Positions 11,966-22,644 of a stretch of DNA of 64,000 nt are shown piece after piece. The stretch lies in NCBI RefSeq assembly GCF_006345805.1, contig NC_043004.1, positions 34,286,001 through 34,350,000 on the forward strand, written 5' to 3'. The notes beneath the pieces are model-generated. The model did no database searches. It was not told the origin of the DNA and worked only from the letters and a program-made list of their open reading frames with translations. The first letter of the stretch is position 1. Every line of letters starts with the position of its first letter. This DNA is from Octopus sinensis (taxonomy: Eukaryota). The translations under genes were made by a program, and so were the position numbers.

Positions 11966-12577
11966 TTTCACCTTGATCTTGGGTATGTTAACTGGTAGCC
12001 CTCAGGATAAGTATGTGAGTGTGTGTGTGTGTGTGTGTGTTACACACTACAATAAGCTACAACCTAAAATGCTCTCACACCTTTTAAGGGTTAATTCCTG
12101 TTGCAGAACTGGCAGCTGAAGTGTTAAGTTGTGAAAATGTTCTCGAGTAATGCAGAGTCGATAATTAACACCGTTTTGCATCTGCTGCAACAGGTGAACC
12201 TTTAAACCTTTGCCGTGTTAATAATTCTCTCTTTACGTTAACAAAATTAAATATTCGAAACTTGTTTCTCATACGTTTACCATTCTCTTCATTTAGCATG
12301 TTCCCATGTTGAAGAATTACCTTCTTATATTATATATTTACTTAGAGATCTAACAACTCCAAAAACAAGCTTACATCCTCTGCCTCCTCTTCTTCCTCCT
12401 CATGACCATCATCACCACCACTACCATCAACATCATCATCATCATCTTCTCAGAGTTGAATGCCTTCCTGTGCCCAACCCTCACTTGTTTCTAAGACATG
12501 TTTCTACAGAAGTCTGGAAACAAACTGTATCACTTGTATGATGGTGATACAAACACACATTCACACATGTTATATAC

Positions 12578-12717
12578 GCTTACAAACCACATGGTTCCAG
12601 GTTCAGTCCCACTGCGTGGGACCTTCGGGAAGTGTCTTCTACTATAGCCTTGGGCCGACCAAAGCCTTGTGAGTGGATTTGGTAGATGGAAACTGAAAGA
12701 AGCCTGTCGTATATATG

Positions 12718-12748
<31 letters not shown>

Positions 12749-12885
12749 ATATGCTTGTGTTTGTCCCACCAACATCGCTTGACAACCGATGCTGGTGTGT
12801 TTACGTCCCCATCACTTAGCAGTTCGGCAAAAGAGACCGATAGAATAAGTCACATGACTGAAACAAGTAAAAGAGTAAAAGAGTA
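12578..12885 (+). mobile_element. SINE-A with internal deletion
   Basis: ggttcagtcccactgcgtgggacc...gaaacaagtaaaagagtaaaagagta tail; segment between tagaataagt and atgactg missing. Confidence 0.85.
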
Positions 12886-12984
12886 TATGTGTGCACACAC
12901 ATACACATATACATATATATGTGTTTGTGCATGTGTGTGATGTGTGTGCCTATGCACAAAAAATTCTGTTGTGCGTGTGTGTGT

Positions 12985-13015
<31 letters not shown>

Positions 13016-13160
13016 AATACAACGGGCTTCTTTCAGTTTCTACCAAAGCTTTGGTCTGCCCAAGGCTACAGTAGAAGACATTTGCTTTAGGTACCAGAAG
13101 GTGGGACTGAACCTGGAACTATGTAGTTGGGAAGCAAGTTTACTACACAACCATGCCTGC
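12985..13160 (-). mobile_element. SINE-A, 5' fragment
   Basis: gggcttctttcagtttctacc...gtgggactgaacctggaac. Confidence 0.75.
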
Positions 13161-13229
13161 AATTCCTTGCAAACACAATTTAATCAACAATGGTGAGAAG
13201 CCATTGCAAAGAATACTTCAGCCACAATC

Positions 13230-13615
13230 AACGTCATCATTGTATGCCAGACTTCATGGTCCTTCATGGCATTACGGAGGTCCTGTTGCTGGATGTCTGT
13301 ATCCCTGGAGATTACATCAGGGTAGGAGAGTGTACACCCTCTGGTATTGCGAGTAGATGGCTTCCAGAGAAGAAGAGTAGAAATTACCTCTTTTTCAGCT
13401 CTACAACAATGTCCAGCAAACTGGACTACCCTACCTTTCACAAGAGATGATACAGGTGGTAGTTTCCCATATATTTGCATTTTGGTTGGATGGTGCTTCC
13501 ACGAGAGATTTTGAGCTCTCATAAGGAGGCAAGTGTAGGTTCCATCCAACCGCCTCTCAAGCTTCTTTGATAACATCCATGTTTCAGCCACAAGATGGTA
13601 TCCTTTACTAAGGAA
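13230..13615 (-). mobile_element. RTE/RTEX-like LINE, C-terminal ORF fragment
   Basis: AETWMLSKKLERRLDGTYTCLLMRAQNLSW...QFAGHCCRA...LLLWKP...SYPDVISRDT...AMKDHEVW matches the post-RT pattern ETW...W...FAGH..R...W. Confidence 0.8.
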
Positions 13616-14213
13616 TTGCCTTAACCCTTTCAGGTGCTGGCCCCTATCTCTAACATTAACCTACACCTGGGTTCCTCAGCAAACAAATAATAGTTGCATT
13701 TGCATATACAGCTCAAGAGTAATGCTTGCTGGTAGACTAAGGGATGGAATCACCAAAAAATAATCCAGGAGAATTACAAAAATAGGCTTATCTCTCAACA
13801 ACCATACTTTTCATTGCAGGTAAATTAATGAACAGAGACATACACACACACACACAAAAACAGAATAAAGATAATTCAGGAGAATAACAGTAATAGGCTT
13901 TTCCCTCAGTTACTGTATTTGGTCACCCAGATCATTACTTTCCTCATCACTTTCACCTGTTTGATTGCCTGAATTACTCCCATTGCCTGTGTAAGTTTAA
14001 GCTCTTTGTCCAAAGAATAAATATCACAGATAATTTCCTCAACAGCAAAGAGTCTTGGCCTTGTTTGTTTACAAGGCAAGACATGGGCTTCATCACATAA
14101 TTGAGAGTTCTTTTAGATAAAAACAAAAATGAACAACAGTTCTATATTTAAGAGATGAGAAATTATGTACATTATTTACATTATTTACATTTGATGGATA
14201 TTTGTTTGTTGTT

Positions 14214-14259
14214 AACACAAAGTTTCGGCTGATATACCCTCCAGCCTTCATCAGCTGTC
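14214..14259 (-). ncRNA. Hammerhead motif, family 1, decayed
   Basis: GACAG-CUGAUGA-A-GGCUG..CAGCC-GAAAC-UUU-GUGUU; core intact, stems I and III mutated. Confidence 0.6.
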
Positions 14260-14380
14260 TTGGGGAAATTTCGAACCTGGATTCTCATCTCTAAGGTATT
14301 TTTTGATTTAAAAATTACCTTAGAAAAATAACATTGAAAAATACCTTAGAAATGAGAACCCAGGTTTGAAATTTCCCCAA

Positions 14381-14426
14381 GACACCTGATGAATGCTGGA
14401 GGGTATATCAGCCAAAACATTGTGTT
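14381..14426 (+). ncRNA. Hammerhead motif, family 1, decayed
   Basis: GACAC-CUGAUGA-A-UGCUG..CAGCC-AAAAC-AUU-GUGUU; G12A loss at a CpG. Confidence 0.55.
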
Positions 14427-16199
14427 AACAACAAACAAGATGAGGACAAATATCCATCAAATGTAAATAATGTAAAAGAGACAACAGATATGGGGATACC
14501 ATTAAGAATGAGTCATAAACACAATTGATTTCAATGCTGGAACGTGATCAGTTGTTATTTTTAGCATTTTATCTTCTTTTTGTACATGTATTGTTCATTA
14601 CTGCTTTACTGGTAGAGATTTTGGTAAAGATTTTTGTTTATCACTGGTATACCAAGATCACAATGAGATGGCATCTTCTATTTGTGTCTGCAAGTATTAT
14701 GCAAGAATATTTCTTGTATTCAGCTGCATCTTAGTAATTGTCTTTGGTCTGCAGTGAGAGAATTTTAAAAATAAATGAATTTACTGTTCCAAAAAGAAAT
14801 GGTAAATCACTGCAGTGTCTTGAAAGAACTTTGAGTCTTGGAAGAGCTTTACAATTTTGCATTATGAATACTTACAAGAATTTTGCATCAACAACATGTG
14901 AATCTTAAAACAAATTTCAACTTTGAATTCCAGAACTTTTCCTTTGTAAAACGAACTTCCATTACTAGTTCTCTTAAGTTTTGAACATTAAAATTTCATG
15001 ACAGCAAATTTCTCAAGAACGAGGAAATATGGTACCAATATGGTGCCTAAGTATATTATGAGGCAAGCCTGGAAATTGAGAACCTGGAAAATTTTAAAAT
15101 TCTAACTCAAAAATTAGTTTAAAAGTAAAGATTATTTGCCAACATAATGTGCCAGTCCTGATTAGAATGAATGTTACTGTTATTTAGCCCCAGGAAACAT
15201 CGTCTTCTAGCTGGTTATTGACACATTATCTGCATCCTTATATTTTTGAACAAGGAAGCTCTGTGTCCCCTCTCAGCTCAGTGCAATATCTGTGTATCAA
15301 TGGTTTCTGGGTTATTTCTCTTCATAAGTACAGAATAACTGCTTGGCTAGAGATGGTGATGCTAGATTCTTGTGCAAAATATATACTTTTCAAAGTGACA
15401 CACAGTCACTGATTTCATAAATTAGTTTAAGACATATTCACCCAGTTTTAGATTTCGCCCTTTAGATTTGACTGCACAATCTAAAATTGAGGGTTAGTTG
15501 TGCAGACTAAGTCCATCTAAGTCTTACTCTGATGTCATTAATGCCCCCTATATTATAAGTGGCACATTCTTCACCAGGTATAGACATGGTGTTGACACCA
15601 GTCACTTTCCATTGTTAAAATGGTGTTTATGTGGTATGCTTCTTTACCGAAATAGCTGACCATTTCTTGATATTATTGCTTCAAGCATTTAAGATATTTG
15701 TATCAATGACCTCCAAGAGAATTATTCTCTCATTATTCTGAGTATCATAACCACAGACCCTCTGTGCAGTGGGATAACCATTATGGCGTTTGCCAATATG
15801 ACCAATAAAGCAGTAATTCTGAAACTACCAAATTACAGCTCAACTTCAAGTATTAGGCAAGTTTGTTGCCCCTCCTCCTTTTTTTAACGAGAACACAAAA
15901 ACAGGATTTTAATTTGTATCAATATAATTCTTCTTTCTTTGCTATGGTGTTTAAAGCTTTAAAAGCATCTTTGTTTTATTAAGCATGGCAGTATGTTTGC
16001 TCTGCTTTCAATATGTCCAAACAATCAGCACCCCAGGGTTCCTGCCCTCTCTATGAAAAACACAGCATCAAAGTAATCAACTGTGAATGAGATCATCATC
16101 AGCAGTAGCAGCAGTTATTGAGACTGTTAGAAAACCTCATAGGTTTTGCCCTTTTGCTTATCAGTGTGTCTTGCATGTTGTGCTAACAATTAGTTAACT

Positions 16200-16520
16200 G
16201 TTGTTGTGTTACGACCAGTCTATGTTTAATGATTCTGTGACATACTCTGGCTGTAACTTAGATGTATTTTGGCCACAGATTGGCTCAGACCATGTCTAAC
16301 TTAATAGCACCACCTGATAGGATCTGCTAAGACATTTTTAAGTCAAGGTTTGTGGTATCATGACCCTTTCATGTAGGGAGTTGTTGTTGACTGAGATGTA
16401 TCCAGGTATAGTTGACTTATCTGGTATCCCTTGAAGAAATCTGTCCAGGTTTCATTTGAAGATCTTTGTCTTCATTAATTTTTTTTGGGATAATGTTAAA
16501 TAGAGAAGGGTCCGTTGAGG
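16200..16520 (-). mobile_element. Possible decayed gag-like ORF1 of a LINE
   Basis: LPYMK...DPIRWCY*VRHGLSQ loosely fits the P.RC..C.R.GH...C knuckle; many stops. Confidence 0.25.
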
Positions 16521-18172
16521 AAAAGGAACTGTGTTGCAATGAATTTATGCATGTGAGCCTGAATGGTGTAGATATACCTATTCCACTCACCTCTTTACTA
16601 GTTACCCACCCAGAAGAATAGAATTAGTCCCATGTTCTTTATTCATGAGGCTCCCATCCAACCTATGGATGAAGCTACCCTCTAAAATGCTGTAACTACA
16701 ATGCTATAACTATAACAGACAGTACACATCTACATGTCCCCCATCCTAGGACCATTACAATGTCCTAAACCACCTGTTTATTATGTTAACATCAATGGTA
16801 GCAAACCTGGAGTTTTGCATCAGACAGGAGGGAAATCAAAGTATCAGGTAATATTTGAGCTTTTTTGATGTCAGTTTTCTGAATAAGTGCTAGGGTCGAT
16901 ATCATTGACTTCAACCCTTAAACAACATGGTGCCCCTACATGACCATAGTCCGGTGGCTGAAAACATTAAACATAAAAGAATATATTTTCACCATATTCA
17001 CCAGAATAAATTTACCATGTAAACTACTTTGTAACAAGATCTTACAAAAGTTTTAGTAGCAAGCACCAAGCAGCTACAGTTTTTAATAGTGAATTAGTAG
17101 GCAAGTGATATTATCGACTGTCACACACACACAAATTAAGTGCCCAGCAGAAAAGAAATTTGAATGTTATTTCCAATTTATTTGATGATAAATTGCCATA
17201 TAACAATATTTCTTGGAGATGAAATGATTTCTCTGGAAATATTCAGTATTGGTCTGAATTAACTTGATAACTCTGAAGCTATTTCCGTGAGCAATTCTGT
17301 TATTAGACCTAGAATGGTAAAGAAAATAAAAACATCAGCAAAAAAAATAAAAACAACTACAACAATAATAATGATAATAATGTTGATAAAAATAATAATA
17401 CATACGAATAAGCTATTTGTAGGTTGTTACTTTTTCTTGTTCTTCAAGAAGAGTGGTTGATAGGAGGGTCCCCCCACTCCCGGAGCTTAAACACAGTAAT
17501 TGTCTAGTAAAGTGAGTTGACAAATATTCCAATATAAGATAAATCTATGATTATTTGACATAATGGTTGCAACAGAATCAATACCTCAAATAAAATGCTC
17601 AAAGAAAAAAAAATGTTTACCTACAAAAAAGTAAACATCAACCAAAAAAAATAATAATAAATAAATAAAATGTAACTCATATAGAATTATAACGCAACAT
17701 TAACTAGATAAGCAACAACAACAACAAAGACAACAGAAAAAAAAAGAAAAGAAAAAAATGTAAGAAAGAAGGAAAGGAACTAGGTAAGTTTGATAAATAA
17801 AATGAGTTGATGATTGCTGCAAATATTATTATATAGCTGAGAAGAGCAAAACGAAACACTTTGAATAATATTTTACAATCTAACAGAGTCAATAAGAAAA
17901 AGAAAGACCTTTTTCACACCATCTTTTAGATTATGATGATGAAATATAGCGAGTAAATATAAATAATGATTTTCTGATTGTTGAGTACAAATTAATATAA
18001 TTCAAATAATATATGGGTGTTTTTTTTTTTTATAATTTTTTTTTTTAGTAACTTTTGAAATCCATCATATTCTTTATGTATGGTTGCAGATAGGTGGTGT
18101 GTTCACACACATATAATATATTTCTTCAACACATACATGTGTCTATATATATATACATATATATATATATAT

Positions 18173-18402
18173 AAGGTGAGCTGGCAGAAATTTTGGCACG
18201 TTGGGCGAAATGCATGGCCATATTTCGTCTGCCGCTACGTCCTGAGTTCATATTCCACTGAGGTCGACTTTGCCTTTCATCCTTTTGGGGTCGATAAATT
18301 AAGTACCAGTTATGCACTGGGGTCGATGTAATCGACTTAATCCCTTTGTCTGTCCTTGTTTGTCCCCTCTGCGTTTAGCCCCTTGTGGGTAGTAAAGAAA
18401 TA
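18173..18402 (+). mobile_element. SINE-C (tRNA-headed), well preserved
   Basis: aaggtgagctggcagaa head, B-box-like gagttcatattcc, gtcgactttgcctttcatcc body, ends agtaaagaaata at a TA tract. Confidence 0.85.
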
Positions 18403-18410
18403 TATATATA

Positions 18411-18460
<50 letters not shown>

Positions 18461-19002
18461 ATATATGTATGTATGTATGTTGTATGTATGTATGTATGTA
18501 TGTATGTGTGTATACACATATATATAGCATCATAATGAAAGAGTTGTAAAGTATATTAAAGATATGTTTTACATAGTGCAAGCATTTATCTGATAGAGAA
18601 TTCAAAACGATGGATTAAAAGCTGGCAGTCTTCTCTGAGATTCAACCCAGGCTGGGCTGTTTATGACATCATGAAGAGACCAGCCTAGGGTGAAATTCAG
18701 AGAAGCCTATTCACTTTTCATTTAATACATATATCAACGTAGCTGACAAAGTAAGAAGCTTACATCCCAACTATTTCGTCTTAGGTTCAGTCCCACTGCA
18801 CAGCACCTTGAGCAAGCCTTGTAAGTGCATTTGGTAGATGGAAATTGAAAGAAGCCCATCATATACATACATGCATGCATACATATATATGTATATACCA
18901 GAGAAAGCACATAAATGAGAAATAAGGTGGGAAAAAATAGTACTCAAATACCGCAGGTAGAGTAATATGCTTTATTATTAAAGCTGCAAAACCATCACAA
19001 AA

Positions 19003-19044
19003 AACTGCTACTCAGAGTATCACGTTCCCGTTCATTGGGCAGTT
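19003..19044 (-). ncRNA. Hammerhead motif, family 2, decayed
   Basis: AACUGC-CCAAUGA-ACG(GGAA)CGU-GAUAC-UCUGA-GUA-GCAGUU; all three stems present, core mutated. Confidence 0.55.
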
Positions 19045-19317
19045 GTGACTCAGAATGAAGCAATAATTAAAGTCACAATATATTATGATGCAATTCACAT
19101 TGACACATATGAGCTTGATTGGTTGTTTCAACTAACAGTTTTTATATGAATAATGAAATAAAATAAAATAATTAGAAGGCATAAATATCATGTTGTATAA
19201 AATTGAAGAAAACCTAAAATCAATGTCATTTGAAACAACCAATCAAGCTCAAATGTGTCAATGTGAATTGCATCATAATATATGTATGACATTAATTCTT
19301 GCTTCATTCTGAATCAT

Positions 19318-19359
19318 AACTGTCCAACGAATGGGAATGTGAAACTCAGAGTAGCAGTT
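19318..19359 (+). ncRNA. Hammerhead motif, family 2, decayed
   Basis: AACUGU-CCAACGA-AUG(GGAA)UGU-GAAAC-UCAGA-GUA-GCAGUU. Confidence 0.55.
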
Positions 19360-19407
19360 TTTTGTGATATTTTTGTGATGTTAATACAGCTTTAATAATA
19401 ATACATA

Positions 19408-19940
19408 TATATATACGTTTAAATATTTGTTGTGCAAGATTTTTTATGTGAAGTCGTGTGTTGAAACAGATATCGTTATATTTCGGAATGGTCATATTGC
19501 CAGTTTAGCCAATAAAAACACACGCACTATATATTTGGTGTTATTTTGCTTCAGTGATATTTATTTTTTACATTAATCTTAATCTTATTTCGGCCAAAGT
19601 TCTTTCGTCACACTCCTGTGACCGCATCAGTGGTCCTTTGTTTTCTTCTCACTTACTTGTGTCTCTCCTTACTAACCGTCAGCCATTTTGTATTTCTATT
19701 ATATTTATATTATAGAAATACAAAATGGCTGACGGTTAGTAAGGAGAGACACAAGTAAGTGAGAAGAAAACAAAGGACCACTGATGCGGTCACAGGAGTG
19801 TGACGAAAGAACTTTGGCCGAAATAAGATTAAGATTAATGTAAAAAATAAATATCACTGAAGCAAAATAACACCAAATATATAGTGCGTGTGTTTTTATT
19901 GGCTAAACTGGCAATATGACCATTCCAAAATATAACGACA
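19408..19940. mobile_element. Near-perfect palindromic element (227-bp arms) with HHR family 3
   Basis: 19473-19699 is the reverse complement of 19712-19938 with one mismatch; 12-nt loop; ~65-nt one-sided extension; TA flanks. Confidence 0.95.
19775..19819 (+). ncRNA. Hammerhead-like motif, family 3 (mirror copy 19592-19636 on minus)
   Basis: GGACCA-CUGAUGC-G-GUCAC(AGGAGU)GUGAC-GAAAG-AA-CUU-UGGCC; A9C core variant, 2-bp stem III. Confidence 0.55.
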
Positions 19941-19955
19941 TATATATATATATAT

Positions 19956-20137
19956 GAGAATTTACAAAAGAACGAAAGATGAAGACAGGTGTGTAAATAA
20001 CAAACAGATGTATTAGTTTAATGCTCAGGAAGTGAGAAAATATTTTACGTTTCGAGTCTACGCTCTTCAGCAGAAAGGAGCACAGAAATAAACTGGGAGA
20101 GAATATAGAAAAAGTTTAGTGGTTAGCGATCTATCAT
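19956..20137 (-). mobile_element. Short element in a TA tract carrying HHR family 4
   Basis: Non-microsatellite 180-bp block between TA tracts; homologous truncated copy at 56958-57029. Confidence 0.75.
20043..20076 (-). ncRNA. Hammerhead-like motif, family 4
   Basis: UUU-CUGCUGA-A-GAG(CGUAGA)CUC-GAAAC-GUA-AAA; A6C core variant, ACGU stem III. Confidence 0.5.
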
Positions 20138-20416
20138 AAAATAATATATATAAATATGTGTGTGTGTATCTTTGTGCATGCGTTTGTCCCTCACAACTGC
20201 ATGACAAGTGGTGTTGGTGTGTTTATATCCCTGTTACTTAACAGCTCATCAAAAGAGACCAATAGAATAAGTACCAGATTTAAAATAAAAAATATGAACT
20301 AGGTTCAATTTGTTTGATTAAAATTCTTGAATGTGGTGCCCAGCTTGGGCATAAAAAGATAATACAAATATGTATGTATATATATATCAAAATAAAAACA
20401 TGATGCCAAGGATTCA

Positions 20417-20494
20417 GCGGTACATATGTTTCGGGCCTTTATTAGACAGATTTATAACAATGCATAATGTATGTCTGTGGCCTTCTTCAGCCGC
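20417..20494 (-). ncRNA. Type I hammerhead ribozyme motif, family 5, intact core
   Basis: GCGG-CUGAAGA-A-GGCC(long insert)GGCC-C-GAAAC-AUAU-GUA-CCGC; palindromic ACAUAUGU stem III. Confidence 0.75.
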
Positions 20495-21582
20495 GCACAA
20501 CAGCTTCCACAAGGACATGTGTTACATCAAAAATTCTTGGTTGGGGATGCAAATCCTCTCATTCGCGTACGACATAATGCGGCAACAGCATAGAATTGAA
20601 GCGTCCATCTCTTTCTTCTCTCAATGTAGATGTAGACGTGAGTGTGTGATTCTTTACATACGTTCTTATATACATCCTTTAATATCTTATATCTAAACCT
20701 GGACGCATGGGCATCTGTGTATGTGTATGTAACGATGGACGCACGTATGTATATATGGGTGTGTACACGTATAGTGTCCGTGTATATATGCGCATATTCT
20801 GTTGTATGTATGTATATATGCGCGCGTGTGTGTGGGTGTATATGTGTTTATGTACATGCTCACACGCGAGTGCGTATGTATGCTCATATGCTTGGAGCCG
20901 TGTATGTGCGCGTATATGTGCGCGTGTATATGGGTGTATGTATCCATGATGGTATGTATGTACAAGATGACCAATTAATTCAAAGATCTAGATTAACCAC
21001 TCAGCAGCTCTGATTTACAATACACTAGGTCCCCAGACGACCATGTTGATTTATTGACACCCAAAGCTTCTACAACTAAATTTTATCAATTTCCTGACCA
21101 CCATGTCTGGTCCGTAACCTCTATACATCCCTTATCTTTATATTTTTTTGCATTTTTATCATTTTTATTCCTATTTTTATTTTTTTACTTTTTACTTTTA
21201 TTTCTATTCCTATTTTTACTGTATAACCTTAAGCATTTACATTCATTTATATTTCTTTATATTCTTTATATCCCCTTTATATCTCCTTATATCTCTTTAT
21301 ATCTTTATACTCTACATTTTTATATTTTTCTATACTTACACTTTTTATATATTTTTTATCCTTCGTCCTGAATTCTCGCCCCTCCACCTTCACGTCTATA
21401 TATGTATTTATTTATTTACATTACTTCAACATCCAAATTTCCTCATTCTACATTGAGAGAAGAAAGAGATGGACGCTTCAATTCTATGCTGTTGCCGCAT
21501 TATGTCGTACGCGAATGAGAGGATTTGCATCCCCAACCAAGAATTTTTGATGTAACACATGTCCTTGTGGAAGCTGTTGTGC

Positions 21583-21660
21583 GCAGCTGAAGAAGGCCAC
21601 AGACATACATTATGCATTGTTATAAATCTGTCTAATAAAGGCCCGAAACATATGTACCGC
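21583..21660 (+). ncRNA. Type I hammerhead ribozyme motif, family 5, mirror copy
   Basis: Same as 20417-20494 but stem I reads GCAG (one mismatch to CCGC). Confidence 0.7.
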
Positions 21661-21789
21661 TGAATCCTTGGCATCATGTTTTTATTTTGATCAATTTACT
21701 CCACCACCTACACCACCAAACGGTATACACAGGTGCTTATAATTATCAAGTACTCACCCCGAATTTCTATATGTATATATATATATATA

Positions 21790-22360
21790 TGAGCCAAGTG
21801 AAATCGAAATCAAAATCAAATTTGATGACTGGCATCCGTGCTAGCAGGGTGCAAAGAGCGCTATACGAATGGGATCGTTGACAGAGCAGCTAACCAGCTT
21901 CCGTGCCAGTGGCACATAAAAGGCACCATTCGAGTGTGATCATTACCAGCGTTGCCTTATGGGCACTTGTGCCCCATGATAGTAGGGTGCTAAGAGCACC
22001 ATCTGAGCATAATCGTTGCCAGAGTGGGTAACTGGCTTCCATGCCGGTGGCACGTAAAAGGCACCATTCGAGCATGATCGTTACCAATGTCGCCTTACTG
22101 GCACCTGTGCTGGTGGCATGTATAAAAAGATTCGTGCGAGGTTGTTGCCAGTACTGCCTGACTGGCCCCCGTGCCGGTGGCATGTAAAAGCACCCACTAC
22201 ACTATCGGAGTGGTTGGCATTAGGAAAGGCATCCAGCTGTAGAAACTCTGCCAGATCAAGATTGGAGCCTGGTGCAGCCATTTGGTTCACCAGCTCTCAG
22301 TCAAAATCGTCCAATTCATGCTAGCATGGAAAGCGGATGTTAAACAATGAGGATGATAGT
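21790..22360 (+). mobile_element. SINE-B with internal ~65-70-bp tandem units
   Basis: Repeated gtgccggtggcac...aaaaggcaccatt units, then ggttggcattaggaaaggcatccagctgtagaaa and ...gcatggaaagcggatgttaaacaatgaggatgat. Confidence 0.9.
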
Positions 22361-22481
22361 ATATATATTTTGATGTTTTATATATATATATCTTCATTAT
22401 AATATCATAAATCAGAAGAAGAACATACCCTGTAAAGTATGCTCTTCTCCTGATTTAAGTTTATTTCTGAATGTGTAACAT

Positions 22482-22560
22482 AACAGTTTAGAAAAAAACC
22501 ATTGATTTCATATCTAGCATGAACTAGGCATCTCTTCAGTTTCTCTAAATGATAACTGTT
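22482..22560 (-). ncRNA. Candidate hammerhead motif (family 7)
   Basis: UUUAGAGAAA-CUGAAGA-G-AUGCCUAG(UUCAUG)CUAGAUAU-GAAA-UC(AAU)GG-UU-UUUUUCUAAA; 10-bp stem I including a G-U pair. Confidence 0.45.
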
Positions 22561-22644
22561 CTCTGCAAAAAATGTTGTTTTAAAGCACAAGAATGCCGGT
22601 GATAGTTCAAGAAATATTCCTCTTCAGTTTCTCTTAATGTACTG

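Larger units (their letters stand above)
14136..14474. mobile_element. Second inverted pair of the family-1 HHR element, lacking tRNA heads
   Basis: 14136-14308 and 14334-14474 are mutually inverted and homologous to the arms of 5822-6754; left arm carries the ~33-nt tail. Confidence 0.9.
18898..19402. mobile_element. Inverted-repeat element with HHR family 2 (older)
   Basis: Arms ~18970-19128 and ~19233-19400, visibly diverged; ~100-nt spacer; left arm extends ~70 nt further; TA tracts on both sides. Confidence 0.85.
18745..20350 (+). mobile_element. One old SINE-A split at its internal microsatellite (5' half 18745-18885, 3' half 20150-20350)
   Basis: 5' half ends ggaaattgaaagaagcccatcatatac; 3' half resumes gtgtatctttgtg...gtttgtccc...aaaagagaccaatagaataagtacc, collinear with intact copies. 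Confidence 0.8.
20386..21775. mobile_element. Young 1.4-kb element with 245-bp inverted arms carrying HHR family 5
   Basis: 20386-20630 is the reverse complement of 21447-21691 (one mismatch found); low-complexity core; ~75-nt extension on the right; TA flanks. Confidence 0.9.

Noticed and set aside
12372-12470. Acidic minus-strand stretch ending at a gtaagc donor
   Set aside because: It is a decayed SINE-B body plus (GAT/GAG)n tail
13621-14110. TTAACCC start and acidic minus-strand peptide suggesting a piggyBac remnant
   Set aside because: No matching second terminus and no catalytic motifs
20397-20630. Identical 77-aa peptide on both strands (MMPRIQRYICF...)
   Set aside because: Consequence of the inverted arms; no evidence of coding function
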